DNA of 64,000 bases, taken from the NCBI GenBank assembly GCA_951406725.2, contig OX597814.1:186434001-186498000 (forward strand), read 5' to 3'. The notes under the pieces are model-generated. The model was not told the origin of the DNA and did not search any database. It saw nothing but the letters and a program-made list of their open reading frames with translations. The stretch is from Octopus vulgaris. Its lineage: Eukaryota. Positions within the stretch are counted from its first letter, which is position 1; each line of letters begins with the position of its first letter. Shown one piece after another: positions 51,994 to 60,300 of the stretch. The position numbers and the translations under genes are program-made.

Positions 51994-54900
51994 CATCATC
52001 ATCATCATTTAGCGTCCGCTTTCCATGCTAGCATGGGTTGGACGGTTCAACTGGGGTCTGTGAAGCCAGAAGGCTGCATCAGGCCCAGTCTGATCTGGCA
52101 GTGTTTCTACGGCTGGATGCCCTTCCTAACGCCAACCACTCCGTGAGTGTAGTGGGTGCTTTTTACGTGCCACCCGCACAGGTGCCAGACGGAGCTGGCA
52201 AACGGCCACGAACGGATGGTGCTTTTACGTGCCACCAGTACGGGATCCAGGCGAGGCTGGCAACGGACACAAGCGGATGGTGCTTTTACGTGCCACCAGC
52301 ACGGGGGCCAGGCGAGGCTAGCAACGGACACAAACGGATGGTGCTTTTTACGTGCCACCGGCACGAGGCCAGTTGGGGTGGCGCTGGCAACGGTCATGAA
52401 CGGATGGTTCTCTTACGTGCCACCGGCACTGGTAACTCAGCTGCAATTTCCATTGATCGATTTCGATTCTGATCCTCACTTGCCTCAACAGGTCTTCACA
52501 AGTAGAGTTTTGTGTCCCGAGAAGGGAAGGTATGCATATGTAGGCTGGCTCCATCCCATGTAGAAGGCCACGGGTTATGGTCTCACTTGTCCTGCCGGGT
52601 CTTCTCGTGCACAGCATACTTCCAGAGGTCTCGGTCTCTAGTCATTTCCTCAGTGAGACCTAAAGTTCGAAGGTCGTGCTTCACCACCTCGTCCCAGGTT
52701 TTCCTGGGTCTGCCTCTTCCACAGGTTCCCTCAACCGCTAGGGTGTGGCACTTTTTCACACAACTATCTTCATCCATTCTCGCCACATGCCCATACCAGC
52801 GCAAACGTCTCTCTTGCACACCACAACTGATGCTTCTTAGGTCCAGCTTTTCTCTCAAGGTACTTTAAAATTAAATTAGAGGGTGAGTAAACCTCATGAA
52901 GGGATGGTTTCATCCAAGGAAATACTGGTTCAATACCTAGTATTTTGGGGGAATAAATTTATTTAAAATAATAGGTGTATATATATATATATATATAAAA
53001 ACATATAGTTTATATTTATTTAAAAGAAGAAAAGAAAATGGAGATTAGGAAGTTCATAATTGTTTATTATTAACAGAAAATTAGTCATCTTCACTTACAG
53101 CCATTTCAATTATTAATACTCAATAAACATTAAATTTACATTTATGTGACATGAGCACAATATCATCAGAGGAAAAAAGATGTATATTTGAATGTTATGT
53201 GTTTGTTTATGAATTCATTTTAGCAAACTGAATGTTGTGTGTGTGTGTGTGTGTGCATATATATATATATTTATATATGAAATAATGTTTCTTTATGTTA
53301 TATTTTTTTAAGGAATATATCAGCTCTAACTGAACCTACATGATGTATTCCTTTCTGTCATATTTCTGTCTCACATACCAGGCAGTGCTTTATACTTTTT
53401 CTCTCACATTGCTTTCTTCTGGAGCTTCATCTCAGTTTCCATTAATCTTCAAGCATTCAAACAGATCATTGACTCTGTTAATCTTACCCTGTTATTCTTT
53501 ACTCAGGGAGAGTTTAAAAAGGATATAGACAATCTTTCTTTCAACTCAGGGGCTGCACCACAGCAATTTAAAGATAAATCTATGTATAATATGCTGCCTG
53601 TTAAAACAGTATGACAACTAAGAGATGGTCAAGGAAGATAAATCAACCTGGAAAGCCAACTATTTCATCAAGATCATTCAATTGCTTAATGAATGAATAT
53701 CCCAAATGCTTCATCGTCAATGCAGACAATGTTGGCTCCAGGCAGATGCAGACCATCTGTATGTCACTCAGGGGCCATGCAGCTGTCCTCATGGGTAAAA
53801 ACCACAATGATGAGGAAGGCCATAAGAGGCTATTTGGAGCACAATGCAGCCCTTGAAAGGTTGCTACCACACATTAAGAACAATGTTGGTTTTGTGTTCA
53901 CTTTGGCTATTATCAGGGATAGATTGATGAATAACAAGGTAAAAACTCCTGCTCTTGTTGCTGCTGTTACTCCTTGTGATGTGCTGATACCTGCTCAAAA
54001 TACAGCTCTTGGTCCTGAAAAGACTTCTTTCTTCCAAGCTTTGTCTATCCCAACAAAAATCTCCACTGGTACTATTGAAATCTTGAATGATATCTGTAAT
54101 GTCGTTTGGTTATTCAATATAGCAAGGGAATCATTGAGTTGTCTCCCTTGTTTGTTTTTGTTTTGTTTTTTTCCATTGTAGACAACAGAAGTTTCTCTAG
54201 TAATCTTCCTGAATCTTTCCAATTTGCCACTATAGAAGAAGAGTAACAAATATCGAAATAAATAAATACAATGAAAACAGTAAACAAATTGTTTCCATAT
54301 ATGACATACATTCAATGTTTCTAAAGTTAAAGAAAATACCCAGAAAATATTCAAAAAAACATTTTGTGATTGAAAGTGGATGGTAATGTGCAATATTGAA
54401 GTGAACTGAAAGCTGGATTTCAACGGCTAAAAAGACTAACTATAATCTGATAGATGATCAGGAAGATTGAATACAAATGAGATGATAGATTTAGAAACTA
54501 GGATCTCACAAGTTAACACAAAATAGAAATCACCTACCTTGACATCATCATAATCATTTAACATCCATTTTCCATTCTTGCTTGGGTTAAAGTCAATAAC
54601 TAGACTGATACAATTTCATAAAGCTAAATGATGATTATTCATTCATTTTTTTTACATTTATAATTTAACATTAACTTGTATTATTTCTTTCAGTTATTCA
54701 AACTTGTCATCAAATATTTCATTTGAATTTACAAATACTTTGTTTCGTATTTCGTTCTTCATATCATTTTCTATGTTTTAAATGATTTTCCATTTCCCTT
54801 TCCAGCTATGGTTGTTTAATCTTCATGGCGTCACAGATTGCATCAGGAATGAAATACCTCGAGTCCCTGAATATGGTCCATCGTGATCTGGCCACAAGGA

Positions 54901-56844
54901 ATTGCCTTGTGGGCCACAACTACTGCATCAAGATCTCTGACTTTGGCATGAGCAGGAGTCTTTATAGTGCAGATTATTACAGGATAGAGGGAAGAGCTGT
55001 CTTACCCATCCGATGGATGGCCTGGGAAAGCATTCTCTTGGTATGTTGCTTCAGAACCTTCGTCTTTTACATGTTAACTAAATATTCTCTTATTCTTTTA
55101 TTTGTTTCAGTCATTTGACTGTGGCCAAGCTGAAGTACCACCTTGAAGGATTTTAGTTCAAACAACTCAACCCCAAGACTTATTTTTTTTAAGCCTAGTA
55201 CTTACTCTATCAGTCTCTTTTGCCAAATCGCTAAGTTACGGGAATGTAAACACACCAACATCAATTGTCAAGTAGTGATGGTGGGACAAGCACAAAGAGA
55301 CACACACACACACACATATGAATTCTGTAGATGAGGTCAGAACAGTACTGGAGGAGTATTTTTCATCACAGACCAGTGAATTTTGGGAGAGGGGCCTTGC
55401 AAGTCTACCAGAGAGATGGAAGAGCATTGTAGAAGGAGTATAAAAAAACCACATTATTTATGGGATGACCCAATAGAAGACACTTGCCCAAGGTACCACA
55501 AAATTGTGAATCCAGAACTGAATCCGGAACCATGTGATTGGAAAGCAAACTTCTTACACATAGCCACACCTATGTAGTGTTTAAAATCACTCCATTTGTT
55601 TGAAGTTCATTAACAATGAAACATTTAATAGCTGTTTTGTATGAAGGTTTCACAGCCATTACACAAATTTGATATGTGGAAAAATCAGTATAGTCAATGT
55701 ATTGCAATGCAGTTTATTCATTGACAGGATTCCAGCAGCTAGTTAATTAATAATAGTTAGAATAATTTTTGAATAATCCTAAATTTAAATATTACTGTTT
55801 AACCCTTTAACATTCAGATTACTCTAGCAAATGTAATAGTTATTTAATAGTTACTAATCACTATGACCCGGCAATGTTGGGTCATAGTGCTAGTGCATGC
55901 ATATACAGCTGTGTGCGTGCGCACATACACGCAAGTACTGTCCAAATCTCCGACCAATCACATACAGCTAGCTGACATTCAATTGGCGTATCGAGTTTTG
56001 GGCATTTTGATTGGGTTTTGGATAGAAAATTCACAAAAAAGTGACTTCTATTGATTTTTTAATGGCTTTGCGGGGTGACTGGGGAAATGTAAAGATGTGC
56101 ACGACCACCCTTGGATGGTTTTGAATGACCATAGAAAGTGCGAGCCCTTTAACTGAAAAATTGTGGGTTTGCATAAAGGACATGCACACACACACATACA
56201 CAGACATTTGCCGTTTATATATAGAGAGAGAGATTTAATCATTTTGAACTCCTCATGCATTGTCTTGTAGCTTTGAGATTTCAATGACGTGATTGTTTAT
56301 TTTTAAAGTGACATTGTAGGTTAGGTGTGAGAGGCCAGATCTGTCAGGTCTGAACATAAAACAGGCAGAACATTTGGGACTGATATGGCCAGTTTGAATA
56401 CTAAAGGGTTAATCTTGGGAACCAGAAGGAAATTATTGTATTTTCAACATTACTCGTTTGTAAGTAAATATTCTGTTCATAAAATGTTGTTGTTTCTCTT
56501 TCCTAAAACAGGGCAAGTTCACGACTAAGAGTGATGTGTGGTCATTTGCTGTAACACTGTGGGAAATATTAACATTTGCAAAAGAACAGCCATATGAAGC
56601 GTTAACTGATGAACAAGTCATTGAAAATGCTGGACATTATTACCGAAATGATGGACGCCAGGTTTATCTTCCACAACCGCCCAATTGCCCAAAGGAAATT
56701 TATGATTTAATGCGTGAGTGCTGGAACCGACAGGAGAGTGAACGTCCGTCGTTTAGGGAAATTCACATGTTTCTTCAACGGAAAAATATGGGGTATAACC
56801 CAAAGGATGAAAAAATGAATCAAATAAAAGTGCCCATCTGCTGA
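2645..56844 (+). CDS. DDR2: Discoidin domain receptor tyrosine kinase (DDR1/DDR2-like), 5'-partial gene, 9 coding exons in window
   Basis: Nine exons with AG/GT (one GC) boundaries join in phase (0/1,1/1,1/1,1/1,1/0,0/2,2/2,2/0,0/stop) to 2448 nt. Discoidin C-terminal [11 protein letters not shown]-like domain, [49 protein letters not shown]. Invertebrate DDRs are co-orthologous to DDR1/2, so the symbol is nominal. Confidence 0.95.
3006..3399 (+). mobile_element. tRNA-derived SINE (family A), near full length
   Basis: A-box-like TGGCTGTGTGG, B-box-like GGTTCAGTCCC, internal TA/TG microsatellite, GTAAAAGA-repeat tail; near-identical inverted copy at 49168-49560. Confidence 0.85.
4310..4720. 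mobile_element. MITE with ~29-bp TIRs and 8-bp TSD (GG-terminal; Merlin/hAT/MULE-type TSD length)
   Basis: TIR GGATCTTTTCGGTTTGAA(C/T)GGCAGTTTTT at both ends; CAAATATG duplicated at 4302-4309 and 4721-4728. Confidence 0.88.
5906..6117 (+). mobile_element. SINE family B with 18-bp TSD
   Basis: GGCAGCAAGCTGGCAGAAAC...GAGTTCAAATTC (B box)...AGAAATA tail; AGAAATAAAAACACACAA at 5888-5905 and 6118-6135; copies at 23153 and 26335. Confidence 0.88.
6165..6580 (+). mobile_element. Older SINE (family A-like head)
   Basis: TGGCTGTGTGGTTAAGAAG...GGGTTCAATCCC...GCAAATGTCTTCTACTA head similar to 3006 copy, diverged. Confidence 0.65.
6968..7323 (-). mobile_element. RTE-LINE 3' UTR fragment with (GAT)n tail and ~60-bp tandem units
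   Basis: Matches 51993-52430 including GGTGC...TTTTACGTGCCAC-type units. Confidence 0.82.
7458..7982 (+). CDS. DDR2: DDR exon: DS-like domain
   Basis: tttgcag|AT GCA TTA...; [10 protein letters not shown]...YDG...GQLTDG...GYDWVGW...[10 protein letters not shown]...[12 protein letters not shown]|gtaagt; 525 nt, phase 1-1. Confidence 0.95.
9575..9855 (-). mobile_element. Diverged tRNA-derived SINE (shares core with 29434-29697)
   Basis: ACTCATTTTTGCCAGCTGAGT...GGAGCAA and CCCTAACCACTAAG shared with the 29434 copy. Confidence 0.65.
10110..11214 (-). mobile_element. piggyBac transposon remnant (5' end + degenerate transposase)
   Basis: Minus-strand translation near 10230-10410: [12 protein letters not shown]...[29 protein letters not shown] (piggyBac DPLxKIRP...SIDESM..FKGR..F.QY.P.KP.K motif); TTAA-CCCTT terminus at 11218-11210. 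Confidence 0.8.
11230..12620 (-). mobile_element. Penelope-like retroelement remnant 1 (RT + linker/GIY-YIG region)
   Basis: Minus-strand peptides [67 protein letters not shown]...KIFNK / [14 protein letters not shown]; these resemble the PLE type with FDIxEFYPSI / TMGSYDGAEVCELVG / KIFNRNTxKVSYSC motifs; many stops and frameshifts. Confidence 0.75.
13852..14935 (-). mobile_element. Old RTE-LINE 3' fragment (RT C-terminus + long purine-biased 3' region)
   Basis: CATCAT tail at ~13853; minus-strand [30 protein letters not shown] at 14830-14930; shares blocks with 15913-16200. Confidence 0.7.
14641..14730 (-). ncRNA. Degenerate minimal hammerhead ribozyme motif (Penelope-type)
   Basis: Minus strand: GACAC-CTGATGA-A-GGCTGG-AAGATATA-TCAGCC-AAAAC-GTGTT; stems I and II can form, but GAAA is AAAA and the NUH/stem III is missing. 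Confidence 0.55.
15662..15895. mobile_element. Tc1/mariner-derived MITE
   Basis: TA TSDs; ~38-bp imperfect TIRs CA(A/G)GGTTGG(C/T)CAAAAGTCA...TGACAGTAAATCAAAA; internal minus-strand [17 protein letters not shown] resembles a transposase C-terminus. Confidence 0.85.
15913..17210 (-). mobile_element. Old RTE-LINE 3' fragment
   Basis: (CAT)n tail at 15913; degenerate match to the RT C-terminal region of the 52583-52860 copy at ~16780-17200. Confidence 0.7.
17220..17385 (+). mobile_element. SINE family A 5' half followed by (CA)n
   Basis: GTGTGTGGTAAGAGGTTTGCTT...ACCTTGGGCAAGTGTCTTCTACTATAGC. Confidence 0.7.
17995..18720 (-). mobile_element. Penelope-like retroelement remnant 2 (RT domains 4-7, thumb, Cys-linker)
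   Basis: [20 protein letters not shown]...RYIDD; [12 protein letters not shown]...FLDISV; LRRLCSD...GYP; CPHCHTC; frameshifted. Confidence 0.88.
18838..18987 (+). repeat. Donor segment of a local 150-bp duplication (copy at 20519-20668)
   Basis: CTTCTGATAGTATGATAGTCAG...GGAACCAAG identical except about 3 positions. Confidence 0.92.
20519..20668 (+). repeat. Inserted copy of 18838-18987 flanked by a 21-bp direct repeat
   Basis: CTGTTAGTGACATTGCCTTCT at 20503-20523 and 20678-20698. Confidence 0.92.
21336..21526 (+). mobile_element. RTE-3'-end-related repeat, sense copy with (GAT)n tail
   Basis: Reverse complement of the 1261/6968/51993 family; ends ATTAAACGATGATGATG. Confidence 0.85.
21817..21945 (+). 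CDS. DDR2: DDR exon: S/T/P-rich extracellular juxtamembrane stalk
   Basis: Long polypyrimidine tract + ccag|CAAAA...; [44 protein letters not shown]|gtaagt; 129 nt, phase 1-1, open in the required frame. Confidence 0.85.
23153..23384 (-). mobile_element. SINE family B with 16-bp TSD, young (CpG-rich)
   Basis: Reverse complement of 5906 copy; AATCTCCACAGTATTT at 23137-23152 and 23385-23400. Confidence 0.9.
24625..25053 (+). CDS. DDR2: DDR exon: transmembrane helix and proximal cytoplasmic juxtamembrane region
   Basis: ccttctag|AA CGT...; hydrophobic [25 protein letters not shown] followed by RHRRSK; ends CAG|gcaagt (GC donor) in the phase needed for the next exon; alternative in-frame GT donor at 25120. 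Confidence 0.88.
26038..26764. repeat. Inverted repeat, 125-bp arms (26038-26162 / 26640-26764)
   Basis: CATGCCAGC...TTTGGTATTGTGTCTTATGGTGTGAACTG...ACCACTGG(C/T)ACT versus its reverse complement; about 11 mismatches by eye. Confidence 0.9.
26335..26540 (+). mobile_element. SINE family B, 5'-truncated
   Basis: GCCGGGTGAAATGC...GAGTTCAAATTCCGCC...AAAGAAATA. Confidence 0.85.
28528..29175. mobile_element. Inverted-repeat element whose arms carry hammerhead-like motifs (Penelope/retrozyme-related, non-autonomous)
   Basis: Arms ~28528-28695 and ~29012-29175 are diverged reverse complements (e.g. GGATGATAATGGTTACA, TTGTTCATTCCATTTT); CTGAGGA at 29025-29031 and GAAACAATTGTA on minus at 28598-28587. 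Confidence 0.65.
29434..29697 (-). mobile_element. tRNA-derived SINE (family C) with CORE-like central domain, 12-bp TSD
   Basis: Minus: GTGGAAGTGCGTGACTTAGTGGTTAGGG...GGTTTCAATTCC head, TTCTTAAGCAAAACACTTAATTTC core; TCATATAAATAT at 29422-29433 and 29698-29709. Confidence 0.88.
30290..31290. repeat. ~1-kb compound (TA)/(TG)/(CA) microsatellite
   Basis: Near-continuous alternating purine-pyrimidine sequence; source of the spurious Y/I/C/V ORFs. Confidence 0.97.
32115..32450. repeat. Degenerate (CA)/(TA) microsatellite
   Basis: CACATACATGCATACAC-type alternating repeats. Confidence 0.85.
33540..34175 (-). mobile_element. Tc1/mariner-superfamily transposase remnants
   Basis: Minus strand at ~33750-33650: [19 protein letters not shown] (WPPNSPDLNPLD motif); 34030-34175 resembles a transposase C-terminus (...CMFRTRA). 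Confidence 0.72.
42640..42960 (-). mobile_element. Highly degenerate LINE (RTE-like) RT fragment
   Basis: Minus-strand VEAGMHQG resembling the GxHQGS RT motif. Confidence 0.4.
43121..43415 (-). mobile_element. tRNA-derived SINE (family D) with 13-bp TSD
   Basis: Minus head GTGGAGGCACAAGGCCTAGTGGTTAGAGC...GGTTTGAATCTC; AATAAAATAATGT at 43108-43120 and 43416-43428; second copy 50061-50359; 3' part shared with family C. Confidence 0.88.
43790..44112 (+). CDS. DDR2: DDR exon: distal juxtamembrane region and kinase Gly-rich loop
   Basis: attccag|AT TCC CGT...; DYAVP...LYAAADIVN...[11 protein letters not shown]...[20 protein letters not shown]|gtaaga. Confidence 0.95.
46980..47620 (-). mobile_element. 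RTE/BovB-type LINE endonuclease (APE) remnant
   Basis: Minus strand: [18 protein letters not shown]...[35 protein letters not shown] (cf. TNT.F.LP...HWHLIDYV...D..T...WTDH.LI). Confidence 0.7.
47825..48530 (+). mobile_element. Cluster of old, diverged SINE-A-like fragments
   Basis: GGCATAGCTATATGGTTAAAAAG...CAACCACATGGTTTCAGG head; GGAAACTG...GAAGCCTG; TGTTTACGTTCCTG...CAGTTCAGC...GAAACAAG tail. Confidence 0.55.
48990..49117 (+). CDS. DDR2: DDR exon: kinase subdomain II
   Basis: ttgtctag|GTT CAT...; [44 protein letters not shown]|gtaatt; 128 nt. Confidence 0.94.
49168..49560 (-). mobile_element. SINE family A, full length, young
   Basis: Reverse complement of 3006-3399; begins 50 nt after the donor of exon 48990-49117. 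Confidence 0.9.
50061..50359 (-). mobile_element. SINE family D
   Basis: Matches 43121-43415; imperfect TSD TGAAA(A/G)TTAC. Confidence 0.85.
51271..51468 (+). CDS. DDR2: DDR exon: kinase alphaC to hinge
   Basis: aattcag|A GCT GAT...; [67 protein letters not shown]|gtaaat; 198 nt. Confidence 0.95.
51993..52864 (-). mobile_element. Young 5'-truncated RTE-clade LINE (ORF C-terminus + 3' UTR with tandem repeats + (GAT)n tail)
   Basis: Uninterrupted [28 protein letters not shown]...GRGRPRKTW...RDRDLW (RTE C-terminal signature); five TACGTGCCACC units; CAT repeats at 51994. Confidence 0.92.
53534..54091 (+). pseudogene. RPLP0: Processed pseudogene of 60S acidic ribosomal protein P0 (uL10), 3'-truncated
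   Basis: ATG at 53625: [41 protein letters not shown]...[14 protein letters not shown]...[14 protein letters not shown]...[27 protein letters not shown]. No introns; frameshifts at ~53691 (GAAT duplication) and ~53802 (+1); short deletion after GFVFT; pyrimidine tract at 53534 upstream. Confidence 0.92.
54806..55040 (+). CDS. DDR2: DDR exon: catalytic and activation loops
   Basis: ctttccag|C TAT GGT...; [30 protein letters not shown]...[34 protein letters not shown]|gtatgt. Confidence 0.97.
55085..55575 (-). mobile_element. SINE family A, diverged, with internal replacement
   Basis: TTTGTTTCAGTCATTTGACTGTGGCC tail and AGAAGACACTTGCCCAAGG...AGCCACACC head. Confidence 0.75.
55803..56408. mobile_element. 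piggyBac-type MITE (TTAA TSD) interrupted by a nested element
   Basis: TTAA|CCCTTTAACATTCAGA ... TTTGAATACTAAAGGG|TTAA. Confidence 0.8.
55854..56233 (-). mobile_element. Non-autonomous Helitron-like element nested in the MITE
   Basis: Minus 5' end TCTCTCTCTCTATATATAAA + (TG)n; 3' hairpin CACTATGACCC..N..GGGTCATAGTG followed by TTAG|T (cf. CTRR|T); no TIR/TSD seen. Confidence 0.65.
56512..56844 (+). CDS. DDR2: DDR terminal coding exon: kinase C-lobe and tail
   Basis: aaaacag|GGC AAG TTC...; [20 protein letters not shown]...[13 protein letters not shown]...ERPSFREIH...KVPIC TGA. Confidence 0.96.
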   Translation, partial: GKFTTKSDVWSFAVTLWEILTFAKEQPYEALTDEQVIENAGHYYRNDGRQVYLPQPPNCPKEIYDLMRECWNRQESERPSFREIHMFLQRKNMGYNPKDEKMNQIKVPIC

Positions 56845-57139
56845 TTTAAAGAAAACTGTACTGTATAGAGTACAGTCAGACCAAAGAATCCTGCAAACTC
56901 CAGCACTGCCAAAATGTCCAGATGCCTGTCTGTCTAAAACTATATTGGTTTATTATTGACATCTTATAAAGTGTCACAATGATAAAACATAAACAAAAAC
57001 CAAGCTTCAGGACATTAAGGAGAGATGTCCCCCATCCCTACAACCTTTTCTTTGATGGCCCCCCAACGACAATATAGGCAGTATCTTTGTACCTCGAGCT
57101 ATCAATGAAACATTTTCAAACAGCGAGACTACTAAGAAA

Positions 57140-57325
57140 TATATATATATACACATATATATATATATACTCATATATATGTATGTATATATATGTGCGT
57201 GTTTATATATATATACACACACACACATACTTATACATGTATATGTATATATATGTGTATATCTATATATGTATATATATATGTGTATATCTATATATAT
57301 ATATAAAACCTACACACACACACAT
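57140..57325. repeat. (TA)/(TG) microsatellite in presumptive DDR 3' UTR
   Basis: Alternating repeats ~300 nt after the stop codon. Confidence 0.85.
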
Positions 57326-60300
57326 TTAAAAAAATTTTAAAAAAACAATTTATAGAAAATGGTAAAAAAGAAAAATAAAAATTTGCCATTCAATATTGAA
57401 TATGTTCAATTGCTAAATTTGCATAAAAAAAATTATAAAAAATATAACTTATGGTTGGGCTTATGGCAATACAAAAAAAATAAAATATAAACTAAACCTT
57501 ACATTTTCTTCTAACTCCCAAATTTTCTCCTTCCCCTTTCCCTACCTTCACATCCCTTTTAACCTCTTCAATTGATGATCAGTCACTGTGTTATACTGCT
57601 ATTCCAGACTTCTGTGAATGTCTCCTCTGTGTCAGACCTAAATATTGTTATGCACACACACATACATACATACACACACTCATACATGCATACAGACACA
57701 TTATAAACAGGCAGATAGAAATTATGAAGTGACACACCTTCTTTATTTTAAACCCCCACCTGCCAATAATAAACTAGCAGTTTACTACTTTTTTTCCTTT
57801 TATCCTTATTTTTTTTAAGTTCAGGAAATATTTTAGTTGCTGTCACTGTTTCCTAAGTATTACATAAAAATTATTTTGTTGTGGTAGAATTTTTTTAGAT
57901 AAATTTCTTTTTATGTAAATTAATTTTTAAAACTATGTCAATGAAAGTATTCATTTTGTGTAAAGAAATTTTAAGTTCAAATCTATTCATAGGTTTCTTG
58001 AAAAAATTGTTCCATTGTATCTTCCCACCAGTTCCTAGGTTTCTTAGTCAAAGGAAATAAATGCACAGCTTCCAGCATTCTAGAACATACCACCTATAAT
58101 TTAGGATTTATATTAAAAAAAAAAAAACAGTAATAAAACTGCTTTAAATTTTAAATATTAAAAAAATAGCATATTTAAATACAAAACAATTTTTTTCATC
58201 CACTGCACAAAAATGTAGGATAATTTATGCCCACTGGACTCTATCTGCCTGTTGTTATCTGACATATTGTTTGTGATTCTCTATTATAAGAGACAATATA
58301 TAAATAAACACAAACAACTCTATAGAGAATTCAACTTCCTAAGGACATACAATATGGATGATGATGATAATGATGATTACCTATGGATATTCTAAAGCAA
58401 AAAATCTTTCTCGTGTTGTGAAATCCACAATGGCATGCATGCAGAGAAACATATCTTATGCAGCAAACTGTGGCAAACATTAAAAAAAAAAAAATCCTAA
58501 AAACTTTAATACTGAAAAAAATTCAATACAAAAGAGGAAAATAATTTAAAATTCAATTTATTGCTATCCTTTCTCCGAAGTATGGATGATGTGTAGAGAC
58601 AACAAACAGAAACGAGCTAATTCCTAGGAAAACGAAAGAAAGAAGAAAAGACATTAAATTTCTTTAAATTTCATAAGAAGAAATGAATTCAAAGAGAAAA
58701 TTAAATATAGATTCAATCAATTTCCCCACTTTCCCCTTTTCATTATTATTATTATTATAATTATTCCAATTATTTTTTTCCTTTTTTTTTTTTTCACTCT
58801 TTTTCTGTTTGAAATATTCATTGTGATTTAAATTATTTCCAACTTTTAGCATTGCAGCTGCTGTTCATTATTTCAAGCATTCTATTTCCATTCTAGTTTC
58901 TTATTTTTGACAGTGAAAAGTAAACTTTAACCTCCTTTCAAATATTTGTGCAAAACTTCCTCTTTGTAATACAAATATAATCACACACACACACACATAC
59001 AAACACACACAATTCATGTCAGTTTTAAGTTTGCAGCCTGTGAAGCTAAAGAAAATTAGAAATTATTTGGAGACCTGGAGAAAAAGAAAAAAATTCAGTT
59101 ACATTATTTAAATAGATAGGTGTTACTTAACTCCTAAATCTTCTGTGTAAGTAGGATGCTTTGAAATAATTTGATGTTCGAATGTGAGTGTTTAGCTCTC
59201 AACCGATTTTACTATTGGATCCAATTCCTTGGAGGAAAGCTTCATCTTGGTTTGGTCACCTAAAACGTCCATTTACAATTTGCTCATTTCTTTTATTTTT
59301 TTACTATTTCTTTTTCTCTAAACAGAAGCAGAAGAAAGGACAGATGTTTCCAATAATAAAATTTCAATTTGTACATTGGCTGGGATTTATCGTTAGGCTT
59401 CATTTATTTGCTAAAACACTCCTGAAAATCAGAAAGAGTAAAAACCTGTAAAAGAAAAAATATGTTGACAATCTTCCTATTTTTTCATCAAAAATAAATT
59501 TTAAACCATTTCAATTCATTAAGTTGACATTTCTCCTTTTTTTAATATATATTTGTAGATTATTACCATTATTAATATTAGTGCTATCATATAATCCTTG
59601 CAATTCAATACTCATTGCACAAATCCTGAGATGCCTCCTTGTCTTTGATTCAGTATTGTCTAGTTTGAAGAAATTTATGTTTCTGATTTAGTTAACAGCC
59701 TAAGAAACACCCTGGCCTTTTAGTTGCAAGGTCTTCTCAATGAAACAAAATAAAACATGAATAAACAAATAAAAATGAAATGAATTGCTCAAACATTTTA
59801 CAACCAAAATATAAGCATGTTATTCAAATCATACAATGATAGCTTGTAAAAGTTAATTATGTAGCTTTTTAAAAATGTTTGCAATTGAAAATGCTATACA
59901 TAAATGGTTGCACCTTGTGTACATTCGTGTATGAGTGGTGTGTATGCCTGTGTGTGTGTGTGTGTGTGAGAGAGAGGGAAAGAGAGAGAGCAAAATACCT
60001 CCAATTTGTAGGCTTAATATTGAGGAGAATGAAAAGTTGCCATTGTATATATACTATGAGCAATATCACCCCGACCCATTTTTTTTTTTAATGGTTTCAT
60101 TGTGGAGTTGTAAAACTATTTACCCGACAATCTTGATCTTACTTTCTTAGTTTTCCCTTTCTCTCTCTCTCTCTCAAATTTTTATCTCTAGTTCTTTCTC
60201 TATTGTTCAAAATATCTCAGGGCTTTGAGCATAATGTAAACAGGACTTTTGTTTGGGCAAAAATGATGAAATCTTTCTGAATGGATCAAAAATGGTAAAG

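Noticed and set aside
52155-52430. Regularly spaced repeats resembling a CRISPR array
   Set aside because: The 'spacers' are similar to each other, the array lies in a LINE 3' UTR of a eukaryote, and no cas genes are present.
53693-54181. 162-aa ORF as functional P0
   Set aside because: Only the middle is P0; the N-terminus is out of frame, the C-terminal half is missing, and conserved residues are substituted.
57360-59500. DDR polyadenylation site
   Set aside because: Many AATAAA hexamers in A-rich sequence; none can be singled out without transcript data.
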